From contig OZ024741.1 in assembly GCA_964016885.1 (NCBI GenBank), forward strand, positions 198,214,001 through 198,278,000: 64,000 nucleotides of DNA, written 5' to 3'. A program made the translations under genes and the position numbers. Source of the stretch: Eledone cirrhosa. Lineage: Eukaryota. Below the pieces are notes generated by a model. The model saw only the letters and a list, made by a program, of their open reading frames with translations, ran no database searches and was not told the origin of the DNA. Positions 40,071 through 53,836 of the stretch are shown piece by piece (positions within the stretch are counted from its first letter, which is position 1; every line of letters starts with the position of its first letter).

Positions 40071-40733
40071 TTTCTATATTAAAACATGTATACTCTGCTA
40101 TGTATTGAGTACCTTACTTACTGTGGTTACCCCCGATTCAACCCGGAATAACTTACCTTTTAGCACTCCTAGTGCCCCTCTTAACCAACACCAAGAAACT
40201 ATGCTGACCAAACTCGACCTTGATGTCTCCATGAAGAACATCCCGATCCCTTTAAGGAAACTTTACCTAAAAACACTCATCAGACGTACAGACGAGTTCA
40301 TCAAGCGAATTAGATGGAGAACCTTCTTCCTCGACAACCCTAATATAGCATCTACCAATGATGAGAAGTTCGGTTCAAAACGAATAAGGCACCACCCACC
40401 AAGAGCATACTTGAACCATTTGAAGAAGACCTCTTCAAGATGATCAAAGATATCAAATTTCGTAGAGCCAACACACCATTCCAGGCCTACTTAAATACTG
40501 AAATGCGGAATATAAAAAATTCACCAATCTCCTCCGATAAAAATTTCCATGTCTCCTCCGATAAAACCAAAAACGTTTATGAGGTAGACCAACCGACCTA
40601 TAAAAATGCCATCACAAATACCTACAAAAAGGTGAATGAGATGGCATTGACTGAGACAACTGCGGCCGGAAAAGAAATTGCCAAGTCCCTTAAACTACAC
40701 GACCGAACGGAACCTTTAAGGGTAAAGACCCCG

Positions 40734-41036
40734 TACATATTCGCAAACATACACATACATACAGCCACTCATACAAATACGTACATACATACACTCATAA
40801 GTATACACATATACACACACATACATGTGTAAAAATGTGAAAAAACCAGATAGGTAAGAAGTACTTACACAACCATAGTGCCGTGTTTCGGGTCGAGAGG
40901 GGGTATGGGTAGGGTAGGAAGGAGGTGGAGGGGGTATTTTATCGAGTGGGGTTTTTAAAAGAAAGAAGCGAAAATCTTTTTTAGCCATCTGGCATCAATA
41001 CTGGCTTAAGCCAGTATTGATGCCAGATGGCTAAAA
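40734..41036. mobile_element. About 300-bp insertion into the PLE ORF, with a 16-bp target-site duplication and a terminal 64-bp palindrome
   Basis: AAGGGTAAAGACCCCG occurs at 40718-40733 and 41037-41052. Perfect palindrome at 40976-41039. Confidence 0.75.
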
Positions 41037-43031
41037 AAGGGTAAAGACCCCGCACTTTACCCTGAAGGACCACAAGGGAAACTTCCTCAACAAACCATCA
41101 GTCAGACTTATCAACCCCACACGTTCGGACAGTGGTTCTATCAGCAAAATGATCCTCAATAGAGTTCTACCATCACTGCGGGCGGCTTCACCACTCCCAC
41201 TCTGGAGCAGAACATCTGAGGCAATCTCTTGGTTCCAAGAATTGCCCGACAAACGCCACACTTGCTTCCTGCAACTCGACATAGAAAACTACTATGCTTC
41301 TATCTCAGAGCCCCTCCTGAAGGACACACTTGCTTTTGCCACGAACTTTACCACCATAACCGACGCTGAGCAAGACGTAATCCTCCACGCCCGTAAGACT
41401 TTTCTACACCACGAGGGATCTTACTGGATCAACAAGAAGTCTCAGACCCCCTTTGACGTCAGCATGGGAGCGAGTGACTCGGCTGAAATAAGCGACCTCG
41501 TGGGCCTTTACATTTTACATCACCTGAAGAACTTCTTCACTGCCTCTCCGGAGGATTATACCGAGACAACGGTCTCTTCGCCTTGCACAAGGTTAACCCC
41601 AGAACCACTGATGGGTTTCGGAGAAACTTAAGCTCGTTCTTCCGTAATCCAGGATTTAGTATAGCCATAGAATCTAATATGACTAGGGCCAACTGTTTAG
41701 ATGTCACCATCGACCTAGATACTTCCCTCTATTACCCGTACCACAAACCTAACGAGTCTCTTAGATATATTAATGTTAATTCTAACCACCCCAAAATCAT
41801 CACAGATAACTTAGTAAAATGTGTCTCAATTGAAATCTCCGGCCTCTCGGCCAATTAAGATATATTTAACGCCTCTGCCCGCAGCCGATTTAAAGAAAAG
41901 ATCACTTACCTAGAAACCACTCCAAGACTACCTAGGAGGAATAGGCATAGGCAGATTAGTTGGTACAACCCCCCCCCCTTCAATAGAGAGGTCTCTACAC
42001 CTGTAGCTAGGACTTTCTTCACTTTGCTGAACACACACTTCCCCATACAACATAGGTACTACATCATCTTCAATAAGAACACAATTTAGACTCTCCTACT
42101 CCACTACACCTAACCTAGCTAGGAATATAGCCAATCTCAACTCTAAAAAATTAAATAAGCGTACTACCTCCGAACCCAATCCCTGGACGGAAGCCTTGTG
42201 CAACTGCCTAAATAAGGAACTTGGAAACAAATGTGATGTCATCTCAGGCACCGATGACGGCAACAACAAAAAGACTTACATCGGCATGACCTCCAATAAT
42301 TTTAAGACCCGGTGGTATGCCCATACCCACTCTTTCAGAAGACCGGACAAATCAAATCAGACAACACTCGCTTCCTATGTCTGGGACCTCCAAAGGAGGC
42401 TTAAATGGAAAATACTCCAGAAAGCGCGCTCATACAAGGGAGGACACAAGTGCTACAACCTTTGTATTTCAGAGAGCTACGAAATAGTATTTGCCAAGGG
42501 CCCACTACTGAAAAAACTCTCTGAACACTGCCCGAATTGCATGCACAAAAACTTTGGAAGTTGCAAAGTTTTTGTGCATGCAATTCGGGCAGTGTTCAGA
42601 GAGTTTGTTCAGTAGTGGGCCCTTGGCAAATACTATTTCGTAGCTTTCTGAAATACAAAGGTTGTAGCACTTGTGTCCTCCCTTGTATGAGCGCGCTTTC
42701 TGGAATATTTTCCATTTAAGCCTCTTTTTGACCAAGGATAATATACCTTAACGGTTCAAGTTATCCCTGGAAGTTGAACCGTTAAGCTATATTATCCTTG
42801 GTCATGTCAAATATTTATAAAATATTTTGTATTTTATCTGATGATAGCATACCAAAAATTTTGGTACCCTTGAAATATATATAATAGAATAAATATGGTT
42901 TTATAAATATAGTTTCCATTTATTTATATCATTGAATACTTACTCCAGAAATTTGTCGAGTGCTCTGAATCAGTTAAAAACATATATATTTGTTGGATTT
43001 CCAACAAATTAAATATCTCTTCTACATATGT

Positions 43032-43080
<49 letters not shown>

Positions 43081-43202
43081 GAAGGAAATGTGGTAAGGAA
43101 CCAGGTGGACCATAACGCACCAAAGTACTCAATACTTAGGGTAGTAGAGTGGGTAATAGGAACAAGTAAGACCCCGACGGCTGAGCTCAAGTCTTACTTG
43201 TT

Positions 43203-43281
<79 letters not shown>

Positions 43282-43385
43282 ATGTATATATATATGTGAC
43301 AGTTCCAGTCCTGTACAAGCTCTTCTATATTAAAACTTATATATATATATGTGTGTGTGTGTATGTAAGTGCATGTATGTGTGTA

Positions 43386-43454
<69 letters not shown>

Positions 43455-43459
<5 letters not shown>

Positions 43460-46348
43460 AGAGTATTGAAGTTTGCTTGAAGCATTGTGGAATAATAAGG
43501 TAAATTTCTTTAAGTCGTTTGGAAGCCTCGACAATGCGTATGGGTAATTCTCCGGGTAGCAAGATCGGGTGGTGGAGAGAGAGATGTAAATGGGTGTACG
43601 TTGAGATGCGTGGCGTGTATAAGACTGTAACGTGTAGAGGAATGAAGCAATGAGCGTAAAGGATAAAAATAAAAATAACAACACGAGAAAGAGTTACCTT
43701 GGGAGAGATTTAATTGTCCCTATATATTTCGGATTCACATCCATCAACTGGGGTCTTTTTCCGGGGGGGGGGGGGAGGTTGTCTGTTGGAAAGGTGCGAA
43801 ACATGTCCTCCGCTGTTCGTTGTTTTGAGTATCTGAGGTATTCAGCAGACCGCGCGTGTGCGTGAAATGGGTCGGCCAGGCAGAGGTCAGCGGCCGAAGT
43901 AGTTCTTTCAATTGTTAAGTGGGGTGGCGCTAGCTGTCTGTCCATTCTCTGCCTGTTTGGTGAATGTTACTGTGTGTGTGCGTGTGTTGTGATCTCGCTT
44001 GAGTGTGTGTGTGTGTGCGTGTGTTGTTGCCTTGTTCCTCTGTATTGGCAGTGTAGTATGTTCGTATGGTGGAATGCTGCTGTGTGTGTGTGTACGTGTA
44101 TTGCTGTCTCGCTTGTGTGTGTGTGTGTGTGTGTGTTGCTGCATCGTTTGTTAACTTAAACCAACCACCTCATTTCGCTTCTCTGGGATCGGTTGTTTAA
44201 TTGTGGCCCTAGGCGTTTGATCCAAAGTACTTCCTTGATACGTAACGTGCCGACGTTTCTTTCTGTCGCTAGAATTGTGACAATGGGCCTTCCGTCTTTG
44301 TTTCCGCATTTGGCTATGTGTTTCCGGAAAGACGAGGCCCTTGTTTTAGTGTGTTCCTTGATCCGGATGTACACCGGCCGGATTGTGCTACCTATATAGT
44401 ATTGGTTGCACTTGTTACATTCTATCTTATACATGACATGTGTGCGTAAGCAACAGTTCGCATGGCGCATCGGGCAGTCTCTGAGGGAGCATGCGTCAGT
44501 TGCTTTCCCGGGTTTCCTGGAGAGGTATCTTTGCAGGGAGGGGCCCGAGTGGGCCAAGTGGATGTCGAGGCCCTCCTTCCGTATAGCTTTGCGGATAGCG
44601 TTGGTGGTATTCTCGCTCAGGTGTGGCATTTTCAGAAAGAACTCCGGGCCGTCAATATACTGATGAACGCGTCCAATCCACCGACCTATACTGCTTCGGG
44701 CTCACCACCACTGAGATCCACCAACTCCTATCCATCGTCGTCGACAACACCTACTTCGGATTCCTTGACCAAACATACCAACAAACCTCGGGACTGCCCA
44801 TGGGGGTAGCCTGTCGGATGTGCTAGCGATCTCTTACATGGACAGCCTCGAGCGCAAGGCACTCAACGCCTGCCACCCCGACGCCGTCGCCTTTTTCTCA
44901 AGGTATGTGGACGATATCCTCATCCTCACATCTTCCCAAGACATGGCGAACAGAATCTATGAGACGTTCAACAACACGGACGAGAACATTGACTTCAGTG
45001 TTGAACACCCCAACGACGACGGGTCACTTTCCCTCCTCGACTTCCGAATCAACATCACGGAACAGGGAGGGATCCACTGCAACTTCTACCGAAAGGCAGC
45101 CTGCAGGGAGCTGCTCGTCAACTAATAGTCCGCCCTCCCTAACAGTGCCAAAAGAGGATACATCACGAACGAGATCGCGCGAATCAAAAACAGATGCAGC
45201 GATCCCGCGAGTGGTGTCACTCATAACAAGCGATTCCTCGAGGTGCTGGTGACGAACGGGTACCCTACCTCGCTCACAGACAGAGTAGGAGACACCAGAC
45301 ACAAGAGACAGAGAGGCACCTAAGGCAAGTGCTTCCTTAAAATTCCACACCTGGGCGAGAATACCACCAACTTCTATCCGCAAAGCTATACGGAGGGAGG
45401 GCCTCGACATCCACCTGGCCCACTCGGGCCCCTCCCTGCGAAGATGCCTCTCCATGAAACCTGGGAAAGCAACTGACGCGTGCTTCTTCAGAGACTGCCC
45501 GATGCGCCATGCGAACTGTTGCTTACGCACATACGTCGTGTATAAGATAGAATGTAACAAGTGCAACCAATACTATATAGGTAGCACAATCCGGCCGTTG
45601 CACATCCGGATCAAGGAACACACTAAAACCAGGGCCTCGTCTTTCCGGAAATACATAGCCAAATGCAGAAACAAAGACGGAAGGCCCATTGTCACAATTC
45701 TAGCGACAGAAAGAAACGTCGGCACGTTACGTATCAAGGAAAACTTTGGATCAAACATCTAGGACCACAATTAAACAACCGATCCGAGAGAAGCGAAATG
45801 ACGTGGTTGGTTTAAGTTAACAAACGATGCAGCAACACATGCACACACACACATTCAAGCGAGACAACAACACACGCACACACACAGTAACATTCAGCAA
45901 ACAAGCAGATAATGGACTGACAGCTAGCGCCACCCCACTCCCACAATTGAAAGAACTACTTCGGCCGCTGACCTCTGCCTGACCGACCCCATTTCACACG
46001 CACGCGAGGTCTTCTAAATACCTCAGATATTCAAAACAACGAACAGCGGAGGACACCTTTCGCACCTTTCCGACAGACAACCTTCCCCCCCCCCCGAAAA
46101 AACCCCAGTTGATGGATGTGAATCCGAAATATATAGGGACAATTAAATCTCTCCCAAGGTAACTCTTTCTCGTGTTGTTATTTTTATTTTTATCCTTTAT
46201 GCTCTTTGCTTCATTCCTCTGCACGTTACAATCTGATACACGCCACGCATCTCAACCTACACCCATTTACATCTCTCTCTCCACCACCGGATCTTGTTAC
46301 CCGGAGATTTACCCATCTTCATTGTCGAGGCTTCCAAACGACTTAAAG

Positions 46349-46351
<3 letters not shown>
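43455..46351 (+). mobile_element. Penelope-like element with an inverted 1.1-kb copy of its 3' part (43497-44637 minus vs about 45330-46350 plus), in (TA)n
   Basis: QTSGLPMG, SRYVDDIL, LSLLDFRI and VYKIECNKCNQYYIGST; the GIY-YIG part is present on both strands. Same family as 3122-5287. Confidence 0.9.
46103..46138 (+). ncRNA. Hammerhead-like motif with variant core CAGUUGA (inverted copy 43718-43753)
   Basis: ccc-CAGTTGA-t-ggat(gtga)atcc-GAAA-tata-TA-ggg. Confidence 0.45.
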
Positions 46352-46391
<40 letters not shown>

Positions 46392-46396
<5 letters not shown>

Positions 46397-47239
46397 ATGT
46401 AAATATAATGTATTTTGCAATACACTTTATGCTTAATTAAAAGCATTTTGAAGACCGTAAGCTATTGTTTTAAAGTAGTGACAAATTCACTCACTTCGAT
46501 CTCAGCAAACAGGAGGAGATAAGCCGACATGACATGTTTCGCTTTTGTTGAAGCTTATCAAGGCCAACTACCCCGCCCGTCTGCTGAGATCAATGATGTT
46601 ATATTCTTATAGAAATCTAGTAAATAATCAGGAGCTGATTATGCAGAGCGGTTGTTGGTCAGGCAGAAATTAAAAATTAGAATTGTAGCTCTGAAATAGC
46701 AATATATATATGGATGTAAATATAATGTATTTTGCAATACACTTTATGCTTAATTAAAAGCATTTTGAAGACCGTAAGCTATTGTTTTAAAGTAGTGACA
46801 AATTCACTCACTTCGATCTCAGCAAACAGGAGAAGATAAGCCGACATGACATGTTTCGCTTTTGTTGAAGCTTATCAAGGCCAACTACCCCGCCTCTATA
46901 TATTGCTATTTCAGAGCTACAATTCTAATTTTTAATTTCTGCCTGACCAACAACCGCTCTGCATAATCAGCTCCTGATTATTTACTAGATTTCTATAAGA
47001 ATATAACATCATTGATCTCAGCAGACGGGCGGGGTAGTTGGCCTTGATAAGCTTCAACAAAAGCGAAACATGTCATGTCGGCTTATCTCCTCCTGTTTGC
47101 TGAGATCGAAGTGAGTGAATTTGTCACTACTTTAAAACAATAGCTTACGGTCTTCAAAATGCTTTTAATTAAGCATAAAGTGTATTGCAAAATACATTAT
47201 ATTTACATCCATATATATATTGCTATTTCAGAGCTACAA

Positions 47240-47246
<7 letters not shown>
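46392..47246. repeat. About 315-bp module in direct and inverted copies with a degenerate HHR (47040-47083); relative of 48505-48800
   Basis: GGATGTAAATATAATGTATTTTGCAATACAC recurs at 46395 and 46712 and is inverted near 47180-47210. Confidence 0.85.
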
Positions 47247-47337
<91 letters not shown>

Positions 47338-47935
47338 AATTCTTTAGGATTTCTTCTTCTCTAAATACATTTTTGTTTGTTTTTATTATTCAGGTCATTG
47401 AACCAGTCAATTACATCAGATGTACCAATCCATAAATTTAAATTAGAAATAGAGCAATTAGAACGAACCTGTGGGATAATTCTATCCAAGATGGATTTAC
47501 TAACAACCCCTCTCTCTATCACTCATTTTCTCCTCCTCTCTCATCCTTCCTTCTTATACTCCTCCTCCGTCATCCTTTCCTTATTGTTATATTTTTTTCT
47601 TCTATCTATATTTTTTCTTCCTCTTCCTTACCTTTTCTTTCCCCCCTTTCTTTCCTTTTTTCCAATCTCATATATCCCTCTAATTTTATTTTTCATATGT
47701 TGATTTGACACTTCACTGGTCGCAAGTGTTTTTTAAGCTTCATATCATGTCTCCCTATTTTATCATGATGATATTTGTTTTTGAAATGCGCATAATAAAA
47801 TACATGGAACTCTTTTGATTTTATATTATATATATATATATATATAACTGCTCTAGTATTCTTTTATTCCATTGAGCGCTTGCCGCATATGTCAAAGATT
47901 GCGTTTCGTTTTGTTTTTGAAATACGATCTCGCTG

Positions 47936-48013
<78 letters not shown>

Positions 48014-48333
48014 AAAGTTCCATATATTTTATTATGCGCATATTAAAGAAGAAATTAAAAGATGGTTAAAGAAGTTCCATATATTTTATTATTTCGAAAA
48101 CAACATCATCCTGGGACAAAGATTGTGTTCTTATATATATATATAAGAACACAATTTTTGTCCCAGGATGATGTTGTTTTTGAAATGCGCATAATAAAAT
48201 ATATGGAACTTCTTTAACCATCTTTTAATTTCTTCTTTAATATATACTCCAGTTCTACCAACTGTTGAGTGGTACTTATCTGATATATGCATACTTTTAT
48301 TGTTCTACGATATTACTCACCTTCTATATATAT

Positions 48334-48451
<118 letters not shown>

Positions 48452-48638
48452 GGTAAAATTACCGTGATCCATGGACGAGTACACTATATATACATTCATA
48501 TATATATCGCTATTTCAGAGCACCAATTCTAATTTTCAATTTTTGCTGGACCGGCAACCGTTCTGTATAATCAGTTCCTTATTACTGGAATTCTATAAGA
48601 AACCAACATTCATAATTTTCAGCAGGCAAAGGAAGGGG

Positions 48639-48686
48639 TAAGCTCTGAGGAGTACCAACAGTACGAAACAGAGATCTGTCAGCTTA
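48639..48686 (+). ncRNA. Canonical type-I hammerhead ribozyme with a GUC cleavage triplet
   Basis: taagct-CTGAGGA-gtac(caaca)gtac-GAAA-cag(agat)ctg-TC-agctta. All core nucleotides and three stems are present. Confidence 0.85.
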
Positions 48687-48821
48687 TCTCCCTTTGTTTG
48701 CTGAATAAAGAAGTAAGTGACATAGTCACTACTTTAAAACAATAGCGTTAGGTCTTCAAAATGCTTTTAATTAAGCATACAGTGTATTGCAAAATACACT
48801 ATATATATATACATGCATATA

Positions 48822-48853
<32 letters not shown>

Positions 48854-48876
48854 CAATAAACAACCAAACAAACTTG

Positions 48877-48917
<41 letters not shown>

Positions 48918-48923
48918 AGCATT

Positions 48924-48958
<35 letters not shown>

Positions 48959-49000
48959 ATGTATATATATATAAAATATATATGTATATATATTTTATGT

Positions 49001-49608
49001 CAGGTCACCACTTGGTGCTAGTGGTAACATGTATTCCAGTACAACCTGTCCCATGGTCGGGTCGTTGGCGACTAAACTGGCAACCCCACCAAGGTTTCTT
49101 GGTGAGGAGGGTGACTTTGGACATCCTGCAGGACTAAAAACAAAACCTGTCAAAGGGAAAAGGAGCTCTTAAGAGTCAATGGCCATCCAAAATCACTGGG
49201 AGAGATGACCCCTTAGCTTTTGTCAAGGCAGAATTCTAGGAGAAGGAAAACTCTGATATAACACCTGCAACCCTGATGGTATCCAATGATGTTGACTTGT
49301 TCTTCTTTTTGGTAAATATCATCTTGGTTAAGAGAGTGGGACTGGCTTTGTGCAGTGCCTTTGCTCACTATAAAAGCTTCACAGCACAGGCATTGCTTTA
49401 TTTCTGGAGAGATCTCTGCACTTGTCGTCACATGGTACCATGGGCCCAGCACTATGTGTCAATAATTGTCACAAGTGTAGTGTTTGTATCAGAGTTTTCA
49501 AGTCGCTGGCTGGACTAAAAAGTCACACTCGTTCAGCGCATCAGTAGGGGTTATCCTACATGGATATAAAGTAGTGGCCGTACTCGAAAACGAGTGTGCA
49601 GCCACCAT
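49001..49608 (+). mobile_element. About 600-bp non-autonomous RTE-derived (SINE-like) element, unit A
   Basis: Further units at 51631-52077 (5'-inverted), 52128-52720 and 52795-53367. The 3' end GTGGCCGTACTCGAAAACGAG..GCAGCCA(C/T)CAT plus TATG/TA tail matches the LINE 3' end. Confidence 0.8.
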
Positions 49609-50020
49609 ATATATATGTATGTATGTATATATATATATATGTATGTATATGTATGTATGTATATATATGTATATATATATGTGTATATATATGTATGTAT
49701 GTGTATATATATATATATATATATGTGTACGTGTATGTATGTATATGTATGTATGTATATGTGTATATGTATGTATGTATATGTATGTATGTATGTATGT
49801 ATATGTATGTATGTATGTATGTATGTGTATATGTATGTATATATATGTATGTATGTATATGTATGTATGTATGTATATATATATATATGTATGTATATAT
49901 ATATATGTATGTATGTATATGTGTATGTATGTATGTATATGTATATGTATGTATATGTGTATGTGTATGTATGTATATATGTATGTATATATATATATGT
50001 ATATATATATATGTGTGTGT

Positions 50021-51545
50021 ATCATAAGAGACCTCTTGTATGCAGATGATTGCGATCTTGTAGCGCACACAGAGAGTGATATGCAGCACATTTTGAATGC
50101 ATTTTCTGACGCTTGCACTGCCCTGGGTTTGACTGTCAGTCTCAAGAAAACCGTCGTCATGTACCAACCTGCCCCTGGTAAGCAGTACACTGAACCAAAC
50201 ATCTATGTGTATGGCAAACGACTTGGAGTGGTTGATCAGTTTGTCTACCTGGGAAGCACTGTCAATCGATACGGCAACCTTGACAGTGAAATCTCACTTA
50301 GGATTAGGAAAGCAAGTGATGCTTTCGGAAAGCTAGAAAGGCGACTCTGGGGTCGGCGAGACATATGCAGGAGGACAAAGATAAAGGTGTACAGGGCATG
50401 TGTACTCTCTTGTCTTCTTTATGCCTGGGTCACATATCGACACCACCTTAAGCAATTGGAGCGTTTCCATCAGATGTGTCTCAGACGGATCCATGGCGTT
50501 CAATGGAGGGACCACATCAGTGATGTCGAGATTTTGGAAAGCTCTATGTGTGACAGTATAGAAGCTCTTGTGCTTAAGCAATGACTCCGTTGGAGTGGTC
50601 ACCTTGCCAGGATGAAGGATTCTAGAATACCAAAACAACTCTTCTATGGAGAGTTGGTTAAAGGAAAACGACCGCCACATAAACCAAAAAAGAGGTATAA
50701 GGATTCCTTGAAAGCCTCTCTGAAAGACGCTAACATCTCTGCTAATACGTGGGAAAATATTGCTACTGATCGTAATAAATGGAGAAAGACTGTATATGAG
50801 GGAAATGTTGCCTTTGAGGCATCTCGAATCGCACACGAGAAAGTAAAGCGGGATGTGAGGAAGGGCATTGCTGTTGCACTTCCAGACGGCGAGGGTCCTC
50901 CTATGGTGTTGACATGCAGCGTCTGTGCGAGACTCTGCCTAAGCAAAGCTGGACTCGAAAGTCATCTTCGCAGTCATAAAGTAAGACCAGTGGTTGACTA
51001 CCAGGCTGCAGTTGGAGATGCTACTCATCATGCTTGCCAAACATGTGGTAGAGAATGTAAATCAGCAGGAGGGCTCAAGCGACATGCAAAAGTACACGAA
51101 CTCCAACCACAGCCGACTATTCCCAGTGAATGTTTTGGTTGCCGACTCTGTGCAAGACATTTTAGATCATTGGCTGGGCTAAAAAGCCACATTCGATCGC
51201 AGCACTGTTAGTTGCTATCGTGTGTGTGTGTGTGTGTAGATATGCTTATGTGCGTGCGTGTGTGTGTATATATATATAAATATGTATATTATTATTGTTG
51301 TTGTCGTTATTATTATTATTGCTATTATTAGTATTAGTATTATTATTATTATTGTTATTAATGTATGTGTGTGTGTATATGTGTGTGTGTATGTGTATGT
51401 ATGTGTGTATGTATATATGTATGTGTGTATATATATAAATATATATATATATTTCTTTTTTTTTTATTTATTTATTTATTATATTTTTTTTTTTTTTTCT
51501 TCTCGTGCAATGGCCATACTCGATAACGAGGGGGCAGCCATCATA
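50021..51545 (+). mobile_element. 5'-truncated copy of the zinc-finger RTE LINE, with a stop at 50582-50584 and a small in-frame deletion
   Basis: Near-identical to 168-1825, including the 3' UTR microsatellites. Confidence 0.92.
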
Positions 51546-51567
51546 TGTGTGTATGTATGTATATGTG

Positions 51568-51599
<32 letters not shown>

Positions 51600-51630
51600 T
51601 GTATGTATGTATGTATGTATGTATGTATGT

Positions 51631-52080
51631 GCCTTGCCGTGAGGCTTTTATAGTGAGCAAAGGCACTGCACAAAGCCAGTCCCACTCTCTTAACCAAGAT
51701 GATATTTACCAAAAAGAAGAACAAGTCAACATCATTGGATACCATCAGGGTTGCAGGTGTTATATCAGAGTTTTCCTTCTCCTAGAATTCTGCCTTGATA
51801 AAGGCTAAGGGGTCATCTCTCCCGGTGATTTTGGATGGCCATTGACTCTTAAGAGCTCCTTTGCCTTTATATCTGGAGATCTCTCTACATTTGTCGTCAC
51901 ATGGTACCATGGGCCCAGCACTATGTGTCAATAATTGTCACAAGTGTAGTGTTTGTACCAGAGTTTTCAAGTCGCTGGCTGGACTAAAAAGTCACACTCG
52001 TTCAGCGCATCGGTAGGGGTTCTCCTACATGGATATAAAGTAGTGGCTGTACTCGAAAACGAGTTGGCAGCCACCATATG

Positions 52081-52116
<36 letters not shown>

Positions 52117-53362
52117 TGTATATGTATGTGCTACTGGTAACATGTATCCCAGTACAACCTGTCTCATGGTCGGGTCGTTGGCGACTAAACTGGCAACCCC
52201 ACCAAGGTATCTTGGTGAGGAGGGTGACTTTGGACATCCTGCAGGACTAAAAACAAAACCTGTCAAAGGGCAAAGGAGCTCTTAAGAATCAATGGCCATC
52301 CAAAATCACCGGGAGAGATGACCCCTTAGCCTTTGTCAAGGCAGAATTCTAGGAGAAGGAAAACTCTGATATAACACCTGCAACCCTGATGGTATCCATT
52401 GATGTTGACTTGTTCTTCTTTTTGGTAAATATCATCTTGGTTAAGAGAGTGGGACTGGCTTTGTGCAGTGCCTTTGCTCACTATAAAAGCTTCACGGCAC
52501 AGGCATTGCTTTATATCTGGAGATCTCTCTGCACTTGTCGTCACATGGTACCATGGGCCCAGCACTATGTGTCAATAATTGTCACAGGTGTCATGTTTGT
52601 ACCAGAGTTTTCAAGTCGTTGGCTGGACTAAAAATCACACTCGTTCAGCGCATCGGTAGGGGTTCTCCTACATGGATATAAAGTAGTGGCCGTACTCGAA
52701 AACGAGTTGGCAGCCATCATGTATGTATGTATGTATGTATGTATGTATGTATGTATGTATGTATGTATGTATGTATGTATGTATGTATGTACAACCCAGT
52801 ACAACCTGTCTCATGGTCGGGTCGTTGGCGACTAAAGTGGCAACCCCACCAAGGTTTCTTGGTGAGGAGGGTGACTTTGGACATCCTGCAGGACTAAAAA
52901 CAATACCTGTCAAAGGGCAAAGGATCTCTTAAGAGTCAATGGCCATCCAAAATCACTGGGAGAGATGACCCCTTAGCTTTTGTCAAGGCAGAATTCTAGG
53001 AGAAGGAAAACTCTGATATAACACCTGCAACTCTGATGGTATCCAATGATGTTGACTTGCTCTTCTTTTTGGTAAATATCATCTTGGTTAAGAGAGTGGG
53101 ACTGGCTTTGTGCAGTGCTTTTGCTCACTATAAAAGCTTCACAGCACAGGCATTGCTTTATATCTGGAGATCTCTCTGCACTTGTCGTCACATGGTACCA
53201 TGGACCTAGCACTATGTGTCAATAATTGTCACAGGTGTAGTGTTTGTACCAGAGTTTTCAAGTCGCTGGCTGGACTAAAGTCACATTCGTTCAGCGCATT
53301 GGTAGGAGTTCTCTTACATGGATATAAAGTAGTGGCCGTACTCGAAAACGAGTTGGCAGCCA

Positions 53363-53367
<5 letters not shown>
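51631..53367 (+). mobile_element. Three tandem units of the RTE-derived non-autonomous element, separated by (TATG)n
   Basis: Repeated 79-80-aa translations in the ORF track. The first unit has 51631-51869 inverted. Confidence 0.85.
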
Positions 53368-53442
<75 letters not shown>

Positions 53443-53651
53443 CAAGTTTGTTTGGTTGTTTATTGTATATATATATATAGGAAAAAGTATGACCCCGACG
53501 GCAGAGCTCAAGCCGTTTCGACGGCTATTTCTGGTCTTTTTCCTATTTCCCACTCTACTACCCTAAATATTGAGTACTCAGGTGCGTTGTGGTCCATCTG
53601 GTTCCTTACCACAATTCCTTTGTTATATATATATATATATATACATATGTA

Positions 53652-53730
<79 letters not shown>

Positions 53731-53749
53731 GTATATATGTATATATATA

Positions 53750-53836
<87 letters not shown>

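Larger units (their letters stand above)
39640..42725 (+). mobile_element. Near-full-length but decayed Penelope-like element (Naiad-like) with 5' pLTR/HHR, internal insertion and a fold-back 3' end
   Basis: SMKNIPIP..FIKRIRWR, LKDHK, QLDIENYY, FDVSMGASDSAE, SNHP, YIGMT..FKTRW..H, C.LC..E. 42398-42555 is inverted to 42560-42725. Confidence 0.85.

Noticed and set aside
49484-50584. 366-aa fusion ORF
   Set aside because: Chance read-through from the SINE-like unit across a microsatellite into a truncated LINE RT.
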